From contig JAOQAO010000041.1 in NCBI GenBank assembly GCA_025963485.1, forward strand, positions 20,114-84,113: 64,000 nt of DNA, in the 5' to 3' direction. Every line of letters starts with the position of its first letter. Within the stretch, counting starts at the first letter, position 1. The notes beneath the pieces are model-generated. The model did no database searches, was not told where the DNA came from, and saw nothing but the letters and a program-made list of their open reading frames with translations. Origin of the DNA: Bacteroidota bacterium (GTDB lineage: Bacteria; Bacteroidota; Bacteroidia; Chitinophagales; LD1). Positions 1-8,782 of the stretch are shown in pieces. A program made the translations under genes and the position numbers.

Positions 1-1
1 T

Positions 2-364
2 TTGCTAGGCATACTCTATTTGAGAAGAACCGTACCTGACCTTGACCAAATAGGGATGCAAATGATGATATCATTGATGATCGATGGTATGTACAAGGAT
101 GATAGTGCGAAAACTATGTTATTGGACAGATTAAGGCTAAATGGCAATATAAACGTAATAAACAATAAGGACGTTCATATTTCCGAAAAAGGAGTATTGT
201 TTTTATTGGAAGAAGGTGGTTACACAAAGAAGAGGAAGTTTCAACTTATTGATGAGGAAATTAAGGCCAAAACCTTAAAGAAGTTTAGGTGGGATAGAGT
301 TGCAGTTATATTAAGCTTGGCAGCTTTGGCTGTTTCCATTGCGGTCGCATACCACAAGTGGTGA
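2..364 (+). CDS. hypothetical protein, 5' end cut by window edge, C-terminal TM anchor
   Basis: The ORF is open to the window edge; the TTG at 2 is only the first in-frame codon. It ends in the hydrophobic stretch VAVILSLAALAVSIAVAY. It is AT-rich and I recognise no family. Confidence 0.35.
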   Translation: MLGILYLRRTVPDLDQIGMQMMISLMIDGMYKDDSAKTMLLDRLRLNGNINVINNKDVHISEKGVLFLLEEGGYTKKRKFQLIDEEIKAKTLKKFRWDRVAVILSLAALAVSIAVAYHKW

Positions 365-427
365 GTTTCGTGGTGGAAAAGTGAGGGTGCGGGGATCCAC
401 GTTGTAAAGGCGGACTAGTGGAGCGGG

Positions 428-1255
428 TTAGGTGCTTTTAGAAGATGATTGTTTCTTTTTTTCGCGTTTTTCCCTAAAAGTCTTGAATTGCCAATCTTCT
501 ATTTCATTACAATTATCTTTTATTATTGTTTTATCCAAAACACTCGAATACTTAGGATATAATTCAAGAAAGGAATACAGCCTATTTACCGCGCCATCAT
601 AATTGCTGTCAAAGGCTGAGATATGATCATATATATATTGATTTACATTTGGTGAAAATGCTAAATCATATTTTTCATGAAGATAAAATGCCCTTAGAAT
701 ATTTGCTTCTCGTGTAGGGTTATATTTCTTGTACTCAATATTTGCTTGTTGAATATCTAAGATTTTAGATTTAATGCATTTATTATAATACTCGACAGAT
801 AATTTCTTAGATGTGTATGCAAAAACGGGTGAGTCAAAATTATAGAAGGCCCCTCTAGAAATGGATCTTGTTTCATTTGGATCTGAGGTAACAAGGTTTT
901 TTCTAAATGCCCAATTATCAGAGAGGGACCAAATATCCATTTCCATTTCATCAAACAATAGTTTGAAACCATTATGCCTATTTCTTTTGTGGGGAATATG
1001 AAGAATATTGATCAACTTTTGTATCTCCTCTGCAGATACATTACTTATAACATCAATATCTCTACTCGGTTTATCATTTATAAAATCCCTTACAAATCCC
1101 CCTACGAAATATAATTCACCTCTATTTTCAAGCCTATACTCGGTCATCTTTCCAACAAAAAAATCCATCCGACTGTCTTCACCTATAAGGCTTCTTATAT
1201 ATGTGATAAACTCTCGCTTAAATTTATTCTTATCGATAATTTGCTTTAGCTGCAT
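428..1255 (-). CDS. minimal CCA-adding/poly(A)-polymerase head-domain (pol-beta) nucleotidyltransferase
   Basis: GGFVRDFINDKPSRDIDV matches the GGxVRD...DxD catalytic signature of the CCA/PcnB head domain. At 275 aa there is no room for a tRNA-binding body or tail. Its ATG (1253-1255) directly abuts the TAG of the upstream dGTPase gene. Confidence 0.7.
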   Translation of the reverse strand: MQLKQIIDKNKFKREFITYIRSLIGEDSRMDFFVGKMTEYRLENRGELYFVGGFVRDFINDKPSRDIDVISNVSAEEIQKLINILHIPHKRNRHNGFKLLFDEMEMDIWSLSDNWAFRKNLVTSDPNETRSISRGAFYNFDSPVFAYTSKKLSVEYYNKCIKSKILDIQQANIEYKKYNPTREANILRAFYLHEKYDLAFSPNVNQYIYDHISAFDSNYDGAVNRLYSFLELYPKYSSVLDKTIIKDNCNEIEDWQFKTFREKREKKKQSSSKST

Positions 1256-2650
1256 CTATAAAGAAATACCTTTTATGTTTTGATAGAGATTTAAAGCGTA
1301 ATGATCTGTCATGCCACTTAGAATATCAGTAACTAACTGATATTTGCAATAAAGCGGATTAACATTGGAAGAAGCACTATAGGTTTCATATATGAATCTA
1401 TATGTTGAAGATATGGTATAATAAAGTCGTCTCGCTTTGGTATTTTTTCCGCTTAAAGAGAAATCACTCATCGAGCAAGCTGGAATATACTCTTCTAGAA
1501 GGCCAGTTAATACTTTATAGCCCGCTAATTCTGTCTGAATAATTTTTTTATCATCGAGTACAATTTTCATGAGACCTTTATATGCTTCTCGAACTGATTT
1601 ATGTTCAAAACGATCCAGAATTTCTTCGTTGTAGCTTTCATTCATAAAATCTTCGTAATTTTTTAAAAACTCATCAACTACAGCGATGATCATTAAAGAC
1701 TGTGTTGTTATCCTGAAACGTTGAATTGTTATATCTAATCTTCCTAATCCAGTATTTTTAAGTTCCTGATGAGTATCCTCAAGCTCTTTAAGAAGTTGCG
1801 CATAAATCGCATTCTTTTTATCTAAGTGCGTCTCAAACACTTCTTTGATTTTATCAAAATTTAAAATTCCAAGTTTTACTCCATCTTCAATATCTGCAGC
1901 AGAATATGCTATATCATCCGCAGCCTCTAATAGATAGGTTACTGGATGGCGATTACCATTTAGATTTAAGAAAGTGTCAATCTTGTTATAGTCCTCCTGC
2001 TCGGTTATGAAGTAGCCGGATTTCTTTTCATTTATATGAGTTCGTTTGTCTTTTTTGTTTCCGGAAATTGAGCTTCTAGGATATTTTATTATTGCACTTA
2101 AAGTTGGATAAGTAAGATTGTAACTATTCTCATCTTTTAAAAAATGAAGTTTCCTTAAAATGCGAAAAGCTTGAACATTCCCATCAAAATTCTCAAAATC
2201 AGCTATTTCTTGAGGGCTAAATTTCTCTCTAATTGTTTCATCTTTAAAATGAGCCTTGAAAAAATCTTGAATAGCAGTTTCTCCGAAATGACCAAAAGGA
2301 GGATTTCCAAGATCATGCACTAAACCAGCAGTAAATAGAAGAGAGGACATATAGCCCCTTAACTCGGGATTTAGTATTTTTTTTTCAATTAGCGCTTCCT
2401 CTACGCTTTTCCCAATGCTTTTAGCTATAAAACTTACTTCAAGGGAATGAGTTAATCTTGTTCTTATAAAATCACTTTTTTCCAAGGGAAAAACTTGAGT
2501 TTTATCTTGTAATCGTCTGATTGGAGGACTAGATATTAATCGAGAATAGTCATCCTCGAATGGATTTCTTTTATCAAGAGGATTTCTCTGCCCTAATGTT
2601 CTGAATCTTTTGTCCGTTAAAAGGACACTCCAGCGATCATCATAGTTCAT
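1256..2650 (-). CDS. dgt: dGTPase-family dNTP triphosphohydrolase (HD domain)
   Basis: Family motifs present: RTRLTHSLEVSFIAKSIG, HDLGNPPFGHFGE, and an N-terminal DDYSRLISSPPIRRLQDKTQVF. The 464-aa length fits the family. The coding sequence is AT-rich. Confidence 0.85.
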   Translation of the reverse strand: MNYDDRWSVLLTDKRFRTLGQRNPLDKRNPFEDDYSRLISSPPIRRLQDKTQVFPLEKSDFIRTRLTHSLEVSFIAKSIGKSVEEALIEKKILNPELRGYMSSLLFTAGLVHDLGNPPFGHFGETAIQDFFKAHFKDETIREKFSPQEIADFENFDGNVQAFRILRKLHFLKDENSYNLTYPTLSAIIKYPRSSISGNKKDKRTHINEKKSGYFITEQEDYNKIDTFLNLNGNRHPVTYLLEAADDIAYSAADIEDGVKLGILNFDKIKEVFETHLDKKNAIYAQLLKELEDTHQELKNTGLGRLDITIQRFRITTQSLMIIAVVDEFLKNYEDFMNESYNEEILDRFEHKSVREAYKGLMKIVLDDKKIIQTELAGYKVLTGLLEEYIPACSMSDFSLSGKNTKARRLYYTISSTYRFIYETYSASSNVNPLYCKYQLVTDILSGMTDHYALNLYQNIKGISL

Positions 2651-2748
2651 GTCTTAAATTTTAATAATTAAAGATAAGTTTTTGTAATAAATCAGCTTTA
2701 TAAATTTATCCTAACGGTACCTTAATTTAGTCATCGCTTGTCGCCGGA

Positions 2749-2838
2749 CAGGGATAGAAGCGGATAGCCCGGAGCGAGCGCAGTCCCGAAGGGCAAGCGA
2801 ATGAGGACTAGGAGCGGATAGCCCGGCCCGAAGGGGTC
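2749..2838. repeat. GC-rich intergenic repeat (GGGATAGAAGCGGATAGCCCGGAGCG / GAGGACTAGGAGCGGATAGCCCG blocks)
   Basis: Both blocks recur at 49494-49625 with a few substitutions and a longer spacer. Confidence 0.7.
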
Positions 2839-2845
2839 CACCCTC

Positions 2846-2878
2846 AATTGACAATTGATAATGGATAATTGACAATTT
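2846..2878. promoter_or_regulatory. two copies of the palindrome AATTGaCAATT (operator-like)
   Basis: The 19-nt string aattgacaattgataatgg is identical to 54639-54657. A second AATTGACAAT copy lies 11 nt downstream. The site is about 140 bp upstream of rplU. Confidence 0.4.
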
Positions 2879-2965
2879 AACAGCTGGGAATGCAAATCCC
2901 CCGGCCTTCGGCCACCCCCTTTGTAGAAGGGGATTCAATACATTTAAACAAAAATCCACGGAGGT

Positions 2966-2996
2966 TTTGTTTATTTGATGCAAAAGACTACATTTG
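2966..2996 (+). promoter_or_regulatory. candidate Bacteroidota promoter for rplU-rpmA
   Basis: TTTG at 2966-2969 and TAcaTTTG (TAnnTTTG -7 box) at 2989-2996, about 20 nt before the rplU ATG. Confidence 0.4.
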
Positions 2997-3016
2997 CACT
3001 CCCTAAATGTAAAATA

Positions 3017-3325
3017 ATGTACGCAATAGTAGAAATAGCAGGACAGCAGTTTAAGGCCGAAGCAGGCAAAAAGCTCTATGTCCACAGGCTCGAGGGCAAC
3101 GAAGGTGACAAGCTGACCTTTGACAAGGTTTTGCTGACTGATAACGGCAGCGCAGTGAGTGTAGGTGTACCTACAGTAGCGGGTGTAGCTGTGACGGCAA
3201 CGATCCTCAGGCACCTGAAGGGTGACAAGGTGATCATCTTCAAGAAGAAGAGGAGGAAGGGATACAAGAAGCTGAACGGACACCGTCAGTCTTTCACTCA
3301 GATCAGCGTAGACAGCATAGCTTAA
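3017..3325 (+). CDS. rplU: 50S ribosomal protein L21
   Basis: [25 protein letters not shown] is a typical L21 N-terminus. I chose the ATG at 3017 rather than the upstream in-frame start at 2975. Confidence 0.9.
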   Translation: MYAIVEIAGQQFKAEAGKKLYVHRLEGNEGDKLTFDKVLLTDNGSAVSVGVPTVAGVAVTATILRHLKGDKVIIFKKKRRKGYKKLNGHRQSFTQISVDSIA

Positions 3326-3357
3326 TCTTATATAACTAAAGTAAGGAGAATCAACTC

Positions 3358-3624
3358 ATGGCACACAAGAAAGGTGAAGGTAAAGTAAAGAACGGTAGGG
3401 ACTCGCATAGCAAACGTCTGGGTATCAAGATATTCGGCGGCCAGACTGCTGAGAATGGCAATATCATCTGCCGTCAGAGGGGTACAGCGTACCATCCTGG
3501 CAAAGGTGTCGGAATCGGCAAGGACCACACAATATTCGCAGTAGTGGATGGCGTGGTGAAGTTCACTAAGGGTGCTAACGACAGGAGGTTCATCCACGTG
3601 CTCCCGGTAGCTGCAGAAGCTTAA
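3358..3624 (+). CDS. rpmA: 50S ribosomal protein L27
   Basis: [29 protein letters not shown] is an L27 signature. The gene follows rplU. Confidence 0.92.
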   Translation: MAHKKGEGKVKNGRDSHSKRLGIKIFGGQTAENGNIICRQRGTAYHPGKGVGIGKDHTIFAVVDGVVKFTKGANDRRFIHVLPVAAEA

Positions 3625-3650
3625 TTTAGTCTTTTAAACATACTATAGAA

Positions 3651-3682
3651 TCCCGTCTCTAAAGGACGGGATTTTTGTTTTT
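3651..3682 (+). terminator. rho-independent terminator after rpmA
   Basis: Stem tcccgtc/gacggga with a 7-nt loop, followed by tttttgttttt. Confidence 0.7.
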
Positions 3683-3685
3683 GGT

Positions 3686-3815
3686 CCTCACCCAACCCTC
3701 TCCCAGGGAGAGGGCTTTGCTTATAGCTCCCTGAGGGGAGCATTAACAGCCAATACAACCTCACCCTGCCCTCTCCGAAGGAGAGGGTTCCGTACTATAG
3801 CTCCCTGAGGGGAGC
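3686..3815. repeat. tandem (2x, 73-bp period) double-hairpin intergenic element
   Basis: Each unit reads cctcaccc..ccctctcc-NNNN-ggagaggg...tatagctccc-tgag-gggagc. A related copy lies at 34463-34535. Confidence 0.75.
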
Positions 3816-4159
3816 GTGTATCAGGTTTTTAGGGTAGGACACGTCTTGGGCCAATGTCATTGACTTAGGCTGTTGCATTATGCTATTTGCATTAAACCCA
3901 TTGCAATGTATTTAAGTCCCTTTAGGATTTAGGGCGAGGCAGAAGCAATAACAGCTAAATTTTAGATGTTGAAATCCCGACAAGCGCAGCCCCTTCGGGG
4001 CTTACTGTTTGTAGATACAGGAAGTCAAGAATACAAAGCTCCGTAGAAGCGGCCTGTTTCTTAAGTCAATGAAAGGCTTCGCTATAGTGCTTAAGGGGCA
4101 TGCCTTGGGGCATCGAAAAGCTTCGTCGTATGAGGGAAAGGGAATAAGAAAGAAGCTGT

Positions 4160-4840
4160 TTAGACCTTCTCAGGGAGGGTGCCGATGACGGTGATGCCGC
4201 CTTTGACCTTTTGCCTGAGGTCTACGTCGATCACGGTGCCGACGGGGAGGAAGAGGTCGACACGGGAGCCGAACTTGATGAAGCCGAACTCGTTGGCCTG
4301 GCCTATGGAGTCGCCTTCGGCTACGTAGAAGCGGATCTTGCGGGCGAGTTTGCCGGCGATCTGGCGGATGAGGATCTCTATGCCGTCCTTATCTTCTATG
4401 ACAACGGTGTTGCGCTCGTTCTTCTCAGATGACTTAGGATGCCATGCTACGAGGTATTTGCCCGGGTGGTACTTCTGGTAGGTCACCACGCCGCTCACGG
4501 GACTGCGGTTCACATGGACATTGGCAGGAGACATGAAGATGGACACCTGTATACGCTTGTCTTTGAAGTATTCGTTCTCCTGGACCTGCTCTATGACGAC
4601 AACCTTGCCGTCAGCGGGGGCTATGATCTTGTTATTCTCTATATGGAAGTCGCGGTGCGGTATCCGGAAGAAGGACACGAAAGCCAGTATGACTACTGTG
4701 GAGAGCAGGGCTACCATGACGGCGAGGAACACACTCTCGGTAATGATGGCCAGTGGCAGATTGATGGCTACGGCTATAAGGCCTGCGACGATAATGATCC
4801 CGTGACCTTCACGATGGATCGACATTTTTCTTGGGCGCAT
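4160..4840 (-). CDS. psd: phosphatidylserine decarboxylase family protein (short type)
   Basis: Two N-terminal TM helices, then PADGKVVVIE, and a C-terminal GFIKFGSRVDLFLP typical of the Psd proenzyme cleavage region. ATG at 4840; 4825 (MSIHREG) is an alternative. The 4858 start in the track is TTG. Confidence 0.8.
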   Translation of the reverse strand: MRPRKMSIHREGHGIIIVAGLIAVAINLPLAIITESVFLAVMVALLSTVVILAFVSFFRIPHRDFHIENNKIIAPADGKVVVIEQVQENEYFKDKRIQVSIFMSPANVHVNRSPVSGVVTYQKYHPGKYLVAWHPKSSEKNERNTVVIEDKDGIEILIRQIAGKLARKIRFYVAEGDSIGQANEFGFIKFGSRVDLFLPVGTVIDVDLRQKVKGGITVIGTLPEKV

Positions 4841-4933
4841 GAATTGTTTTCTAAACAAGACTCAAAGTTATAAAAATTGTAATAACAAAGCACAATTTTC
4901 GCTACTGGCGATATAACTGGTCATAGGGCTCTC

Positions 4934-4965
4934 AATAAAAAGCCCTGCTCTTGAGGAGCAGGGCT
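4934..4965 (-). terminator. rho-independent terminator after the 888-aa gene
   Basis: Stem agccctgctc/gagcagggct (4941-4950/4956-4965), with a T-run on the minus strand. Confidence 0.6.
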
Positions 4966-4985
4966 TTATGATCTATAGTTGGGTT

Positions 4986-7652
4986 TTAGCGGCTGATGAC
5001 GAATGGGATACGGACAGAGCCGGATCCTCCGAGTACTGTCAATATATATGATCCGCCGGTGATATCGCTAAGCTTTATGGACTGCCTGTCAGCGGTGACC
5101 GGCTGCCTGCCCACGATACGGCCAAGCATATCTGATACGATATACTCCTGTGCTTCCATGGTCTCCAATACGAAGCTGCCGTTATTAGGGTTAGGGTATA
5201 GCTTCACAGCACTTGTATTGCTCGCTTCATTGATACCGATGATCATATAGTACACCGGTGCAGATGTATCGACACAGCCATTGGCATTGCTGACAATGAC
5301 GCGATAGTAGCCTGTCTGTGTGACGGTGTGCGTGACGCTATCGGCACCCGGTATGATAGTGTTGTCTACCAGCCACTGATAGCTGGTGAACGATGGAGAG
5401 GTAACTACAGAGTTGCCCAGAATAGAGGCTACCGGAGCCGGTTTGGCTATAACTGCCAAGCTCAATGTCACAATGCTGTCGCAACCACCTACTGCATGCA
5501 GAGAATCGACAAAAGTACCCGCTGCAGTCAGTACCTGACTGCCAAATGTATATGAAGTACCGGCGCAGATCGTATCTGTCAGTGATGTGCTGGCAAAGCT
5601 GCTCACTGTCAGATGGAGGGTCACTGTGCTGTCGCAGCCATTGACCGACCCGCCATTGATGGTGACGTTATAGTTGCCCGAAGTAGCAAAGCTCTGTGTG
5701 CCTACTGTATAAGATGAACCTGTACAGATACCTGCAGTGATGGTAGAGGTAGCAGGGGTTTTCACCGTCAGGTGGAGAGTCACGATGCTATCGCAACCGC
5801 CTGCTGCGTGGAGTGAGTCAACATAAGTGCCCGCAGTGGTCAGGTTCTGTGTACCAAAGTGGTATGAGCCACCGGTGCAGATGCTTTGATTCAGCGTAGT
5901 GCTGGCAAAGGTATTTATACTGAGGTTCAGGTTGATGATACTATCGCATCCGTTAGCCGCTGCACCTGTGAGGGTCACTGTGTGAGGACCTGCGGTATTG
6001 AATGATTGGCTACCGATGGTGTAGCTCGATCCCTGGCAGATAGAAGCCGTGATCGCATTGACGGCCGGCTGTTTGAGGGTCAGGTTCAGCGTGATGATGC
6101 TATCGCATCCGTTGGCCGCTGCGCCTGTGAGGGTCACTGTGTGAGGACCTGCAGTATTGAATGACTGCGTGCCTACCGTATAGCTGGAGCCCTGGCAGAC
6201 AGATGCATTGATCGTCCTTGTAGCAGGCTGTTTGATGGTGAGGTTCAGTGTAATGGTACTATCACATCCGTTAGTAGCGGCGCCGGTGAGGGTCACTACG
6301 TGAGGACCTGCGGTATTGAATGACTGCGAACCCACCGTATAGCTCGATCCCTGGCAGACAGCAGTATTGATAGTATTGGTAGATGGCTGCTTGATGGAAA
6401 GGTTCAGCGTGATCGTACTATCGCATCCATTGGCGGCGCCACCTGTGAGCGTGACGACGTGAGCGCCTGCTGTATTAAACGATTGCCCGCCTATGGTATA
6501 GCTGGATCCCTGGCAGACAGATGTGGTGATGGTCCTTGTAGACGGTTGCTTGATGGTGAGGTTCAGTGTGATGGTACTGTCGCAGCCGTTGGCTGCACCA
6601 CCGGTCAGTGTGACTACATGCGGACCTGAGGTATTGAATGATTGCCCACCTACTGTGTAGCTCGAGCCCTGGCAGATCGATGTGGTGATGGTCTTCGTGG
6701 CAGCTTGCTTGATGGTGAGGTTGAGTGTGATGACACTGTCGCATCCGTTGGCTGCAGCGCCTGAGAGTGTCACTACGTGTGCGCCGCCGGTGTTGAATGA
6801 TTGCCCGCCCACTGTATAGCTCGACCCTGAGCAGACCGAGGCATTGACAGTTTTGGTAGCGGATGGTTTCATAGTCACAACGACTGATGCTGTAGCGCTA
6901 TTCCCGCCATTGGTGACTGTGACGGTATAAGTGCCGGATGTTTTGACTGTGATAGCACGCGCGGAAGAGGGCGTATTCCAAAAGTAAGTAGAGCCTGCAG
7001 GTCCCGCAGTGAGTATCACTGAGTCACCCTGGCAGAAAGTAGTAGCTCCGCTCGGCGTGATAGTAGCTGTGAGCGTAGAAGTGGCGCAAGATGCAGTGGT
7101 ATATGCTATGAATGGATTGGTAGCTCCGTTCACTGTATCCAGTGCAGGACAGTTAGCTGATGCGCATTTCACACGCAGGTAGTAGCGGATGGCCGGAGGG
7201 AAGAAATTTGCGGAAAGTGTCTCCAGGTTCTGGTTGGGAAAAGGAAATGCACCGCCTCCCGCGCTGGCGCTGACTATGATCCTTAGCTTATACTGGCCAC
7301 GGGGCGCAATACAGCGGCCGCTGATCAGGATAGCACCGGTCTGCCCTGCAGTATATGTGTTGTTGGCCACATTGGTGGTCCAGCAGAGGCCTGCGGGGAG
7401 ATTCTCGATAGAGTCAAACCTGACAAAGTCGACCGGGAGACCCGATATAGTCGTAAAGTTCTCAAAGTAGAGCGTATCAGATACGTTGGTCGCGGAGTCG
7501 ATACATGGTATCCGGTCCGTAGATGGCGAGAAGCCCGGACTGCCTGAAGCCGTATGTGGAGTGACGCTATTGGTCGCAGCTGCACAGTGTTGCGCATAGG
7601 TCGCTACAGAAAAGAGGCTAAATACAATAGCAAAGAGTAGGACTTTTTTCAT
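4986..7652 (-). CDS. secreted tandem-repeat surface protein with T9SS C-terminal sorting domain
   Basis: Signal peptide MKKVLLFAIVFSLFSVATYAQ. Nine repeats of 51-53 aa, each with two Cys. C-terminal KLYPNPNNGSFVLE...YILTV is a Por-type secretion tail. Confidence 0.85.
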   Translation of the reverse strand: MKKVLLFAIVFSLFSVATYAQHCAAATNSVTPHTASGSPGFSPSTDRIPCIDSATNVSDTLYFENFTTISGLPVDFVRFDSIENLPAGLCWTTNVANNTYTAGQTGAILISGRCIAPRGQYKLRIIVSASAGGGAFPFPNQNLETLSANFFPPAIRYYLRVKCASANCPALDTVNGATNPFIAYTTASCATSTLTATITPSGATTFCQGDSVILTAGPAGSTYFWNTPSSARAITVKTSGTYTVTVTNGGNSATASVVVTMKPSATKTVNASVCSGSSYTVGGQSFNTGGAHVVTLSGAAANGCDSVITLNLTIKQAATKTITTSICQGSSYTVGGQSFNTSGPHVVTLTGGAANGCDSTITLNLTIKQPSTRTITTSVCQGSSYTIGGQSFNTAGAHVVTLTGGAANGCDSTITLNLSIKQPSTNTINTAVCQGSSYTVGSQSFNTAGPHVVTLTGAATNGCDSTITLNLTIKQPATRTINASVCQGSSYTVGTQSFNTAGPHTVTLTGAAANGCDSIITLNLTLKQPAVNAITASICQGSSYTIGSQSFNTAGPHTVTLTGAAANGCDSIINLNLSINTFASTTLNQSICTGGSYHFGTQNLTTAGTYVDSLHAAGGCDSIVTLHLTVKTPATSTITAGICTGSSYTVGTQSFATSGNYNVTINGGSVNGCDSTVTLHLTVSSFASTSLTDTICAGTSYTFGSQVLTAAGTFVDSLHAVGGCDSIVTLSLAVIAKPAPVASILGNSVVTSPSFTSYQWLVDNTIIPGADSVTHTVTQTGYYRVIVSNANGCVDTSAPVYYMIIGINEASNTSAVKLYPNPNNGSFVLETMEAQEYIVSDMLGRIVGRQPVTADRQSIKLSDITGGSYILTVLGGSGSVRIPFVISR
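5436..6854 (-). repeat. 9 tandem coding repeats (about 153-159 bp each)
   Basis: Consensus unit: xTIxxSVCQGSSYTVGxQSFNTAGPHVVTLTGAAANGCDSTITLNLTIKQPxT. Units 1-6 are near-identical; units 7-9 have diverged. Confidence 0.9.
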
Positions 7653-7869
7653 TTGTAGGTTGTTTTTGAGGTGGTATAAAACGTTGATTTTAAGGCGCGA
7701 AAATAGGCTTTTTAGCTTGTTTAAAAAATGAGATCCGGCTTTTGGGTGAATTAACCTTAAAGCTTGGGCAAATATATCTTAGGGTAGGCAATAGAATAAC
7801 GAAATATTCCGCAATAAATCGGAACGCTGAGGAGATGTTTTGATCGCAAACGAAGGAGCAGAGAAGCTG

Positions 7870-8754
7870 TTAGCCCTTGAGGAAATCCACAAGCAGGCCG
7901 ATCTGGCTGATGCGGTCTATGATCCATATGGTAAGGACCGAAAAAGGAATAGCCACCAGAATAGCATCCAACCTGTCGAGGAAACCGCCATGCCCCGGCA
8001 TGATAGAGCCGGAATCTTTGATATTGAGGCTGCGCTTGAGCAGGGACTCTACCAGATCGCCAAAGGTGGCAAAGATCAGCGTGATAAAAGCGATGATCAG
8101 CCACTGGACATTGGTATAGGCCTCGGTCTTGAAGTGGTATTTCACAGAGAGGAAGGCCAGTATCTTGTCAAAAAAGAAGACAAAGATGAGCGAAAGGATC
8201 ATGCCTCCGATCATTCCCTCCACGGTCTTTTTGGGAGAGATGCGTTCCATGAGTTTGGTCCGCCCGAGGAGCGAGCCGCAGATGTAGCACATAGAATCAT
8301 AAAACCAGATCAGGAAAAGTATGCCCAGGGCAATGAGGGGGCCCTTGTCAAAATACAGCCAGTTGAGCAGCATGACGGGCAGTACTACATATATGAAAGG
8401 CAGGATGTTCCATCCGATATTCTGGAAAGGGTTTTCGGCTTTGGAGAAAAGTTCGCGGACAAAGAAGAAGAAGAGTACCGCTGGGAGCAGGACGGCCACA
8501 TCTGCAAAGATGAAAGGCCTTTTATTGAACAGGACAGATAATATGGTCATGACCGCAGCCAGGATCACGGTAGTCTTACGGCCTTTCTGGCTACCCTGGC
8601 GGGCAGGGGCTGATATGGTATAAAATTCATATACGCCACCGAGTACCCCTATGAGTATCACCACGCCGTAGGTAGTCCAACTGTATAAGGTGCCTGCTAT
8701 GAAGAGCGCTGCGACTATGAGTCCTGAGGCTAAGCGTACTAGAAAAGTATTCAT
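7870..8754 (-). CDS. cdsA: phosphatidate cytidylyltransferase
   Basis: SLLKRSLNIKDSGSIMPGHGGFLDRLDA matches the CDS signature. The protein is polytopic. Confidence 0.88.
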   Translation of the reverse strand: MNTFLVRLASGLIVAALFIAGTLYSWTTYGVVILIGVLGGVYEFYTISAPARQGSQKGRKTTVILAAVMTILSVLFNKRPFIFADVAVLLPAVLFFFFVRELFSKAENPFQNIGWNILPFIYVVLPVMLLNWLYFDKGPLIALGILFLIWFYDSMCYICGSLLGRTKLMERISPKKTVEGMIGGMILSLIFVFFFDKILAFLSVKYHFKTEAYTNVQWLIIAFITLIFATFGDLVESLLKRSLNIKDSGSIMPGHGGFLDRLDAILVAIPFSVLTIWIIDRISQIGLLVDFLKG

Positions 8755-8782
8755 CCTGTGTATTGATGTTTTTCAAATATAG

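Noticed and set aside
2849-2862. TTGACA followed by GATAAT, resembling sigma-70 -35/-10 boxes.
   Set aside because: Only 3 nt separate the two hexamers, and Bacteroidota housekeeping promoters use TTTG/TAnnTTTG. The palindromic operator reading fits better.
2711-3283. 190-aa ORF on the minus strand.
   Set aside because: It is generated by the GC-rich intergenic repeats and then runs antisense through rplU. It has no plausible start context or family.
5436-6854. Regular ~156-bp periodic repeats, considered as a possible CRISPR-like array.
   Set aside because: The repeats are contiguous with no unique spacers, far longer than CRISPR repeats, and in frame within one long ORF.
7840-8541. 233-aa plus-strand ORF rich in Asp, Glu and Lys.
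   Set aside because: It is entirely antisense to cdsA, which has unmistakable family motifs. This is a typical shadow ORF.
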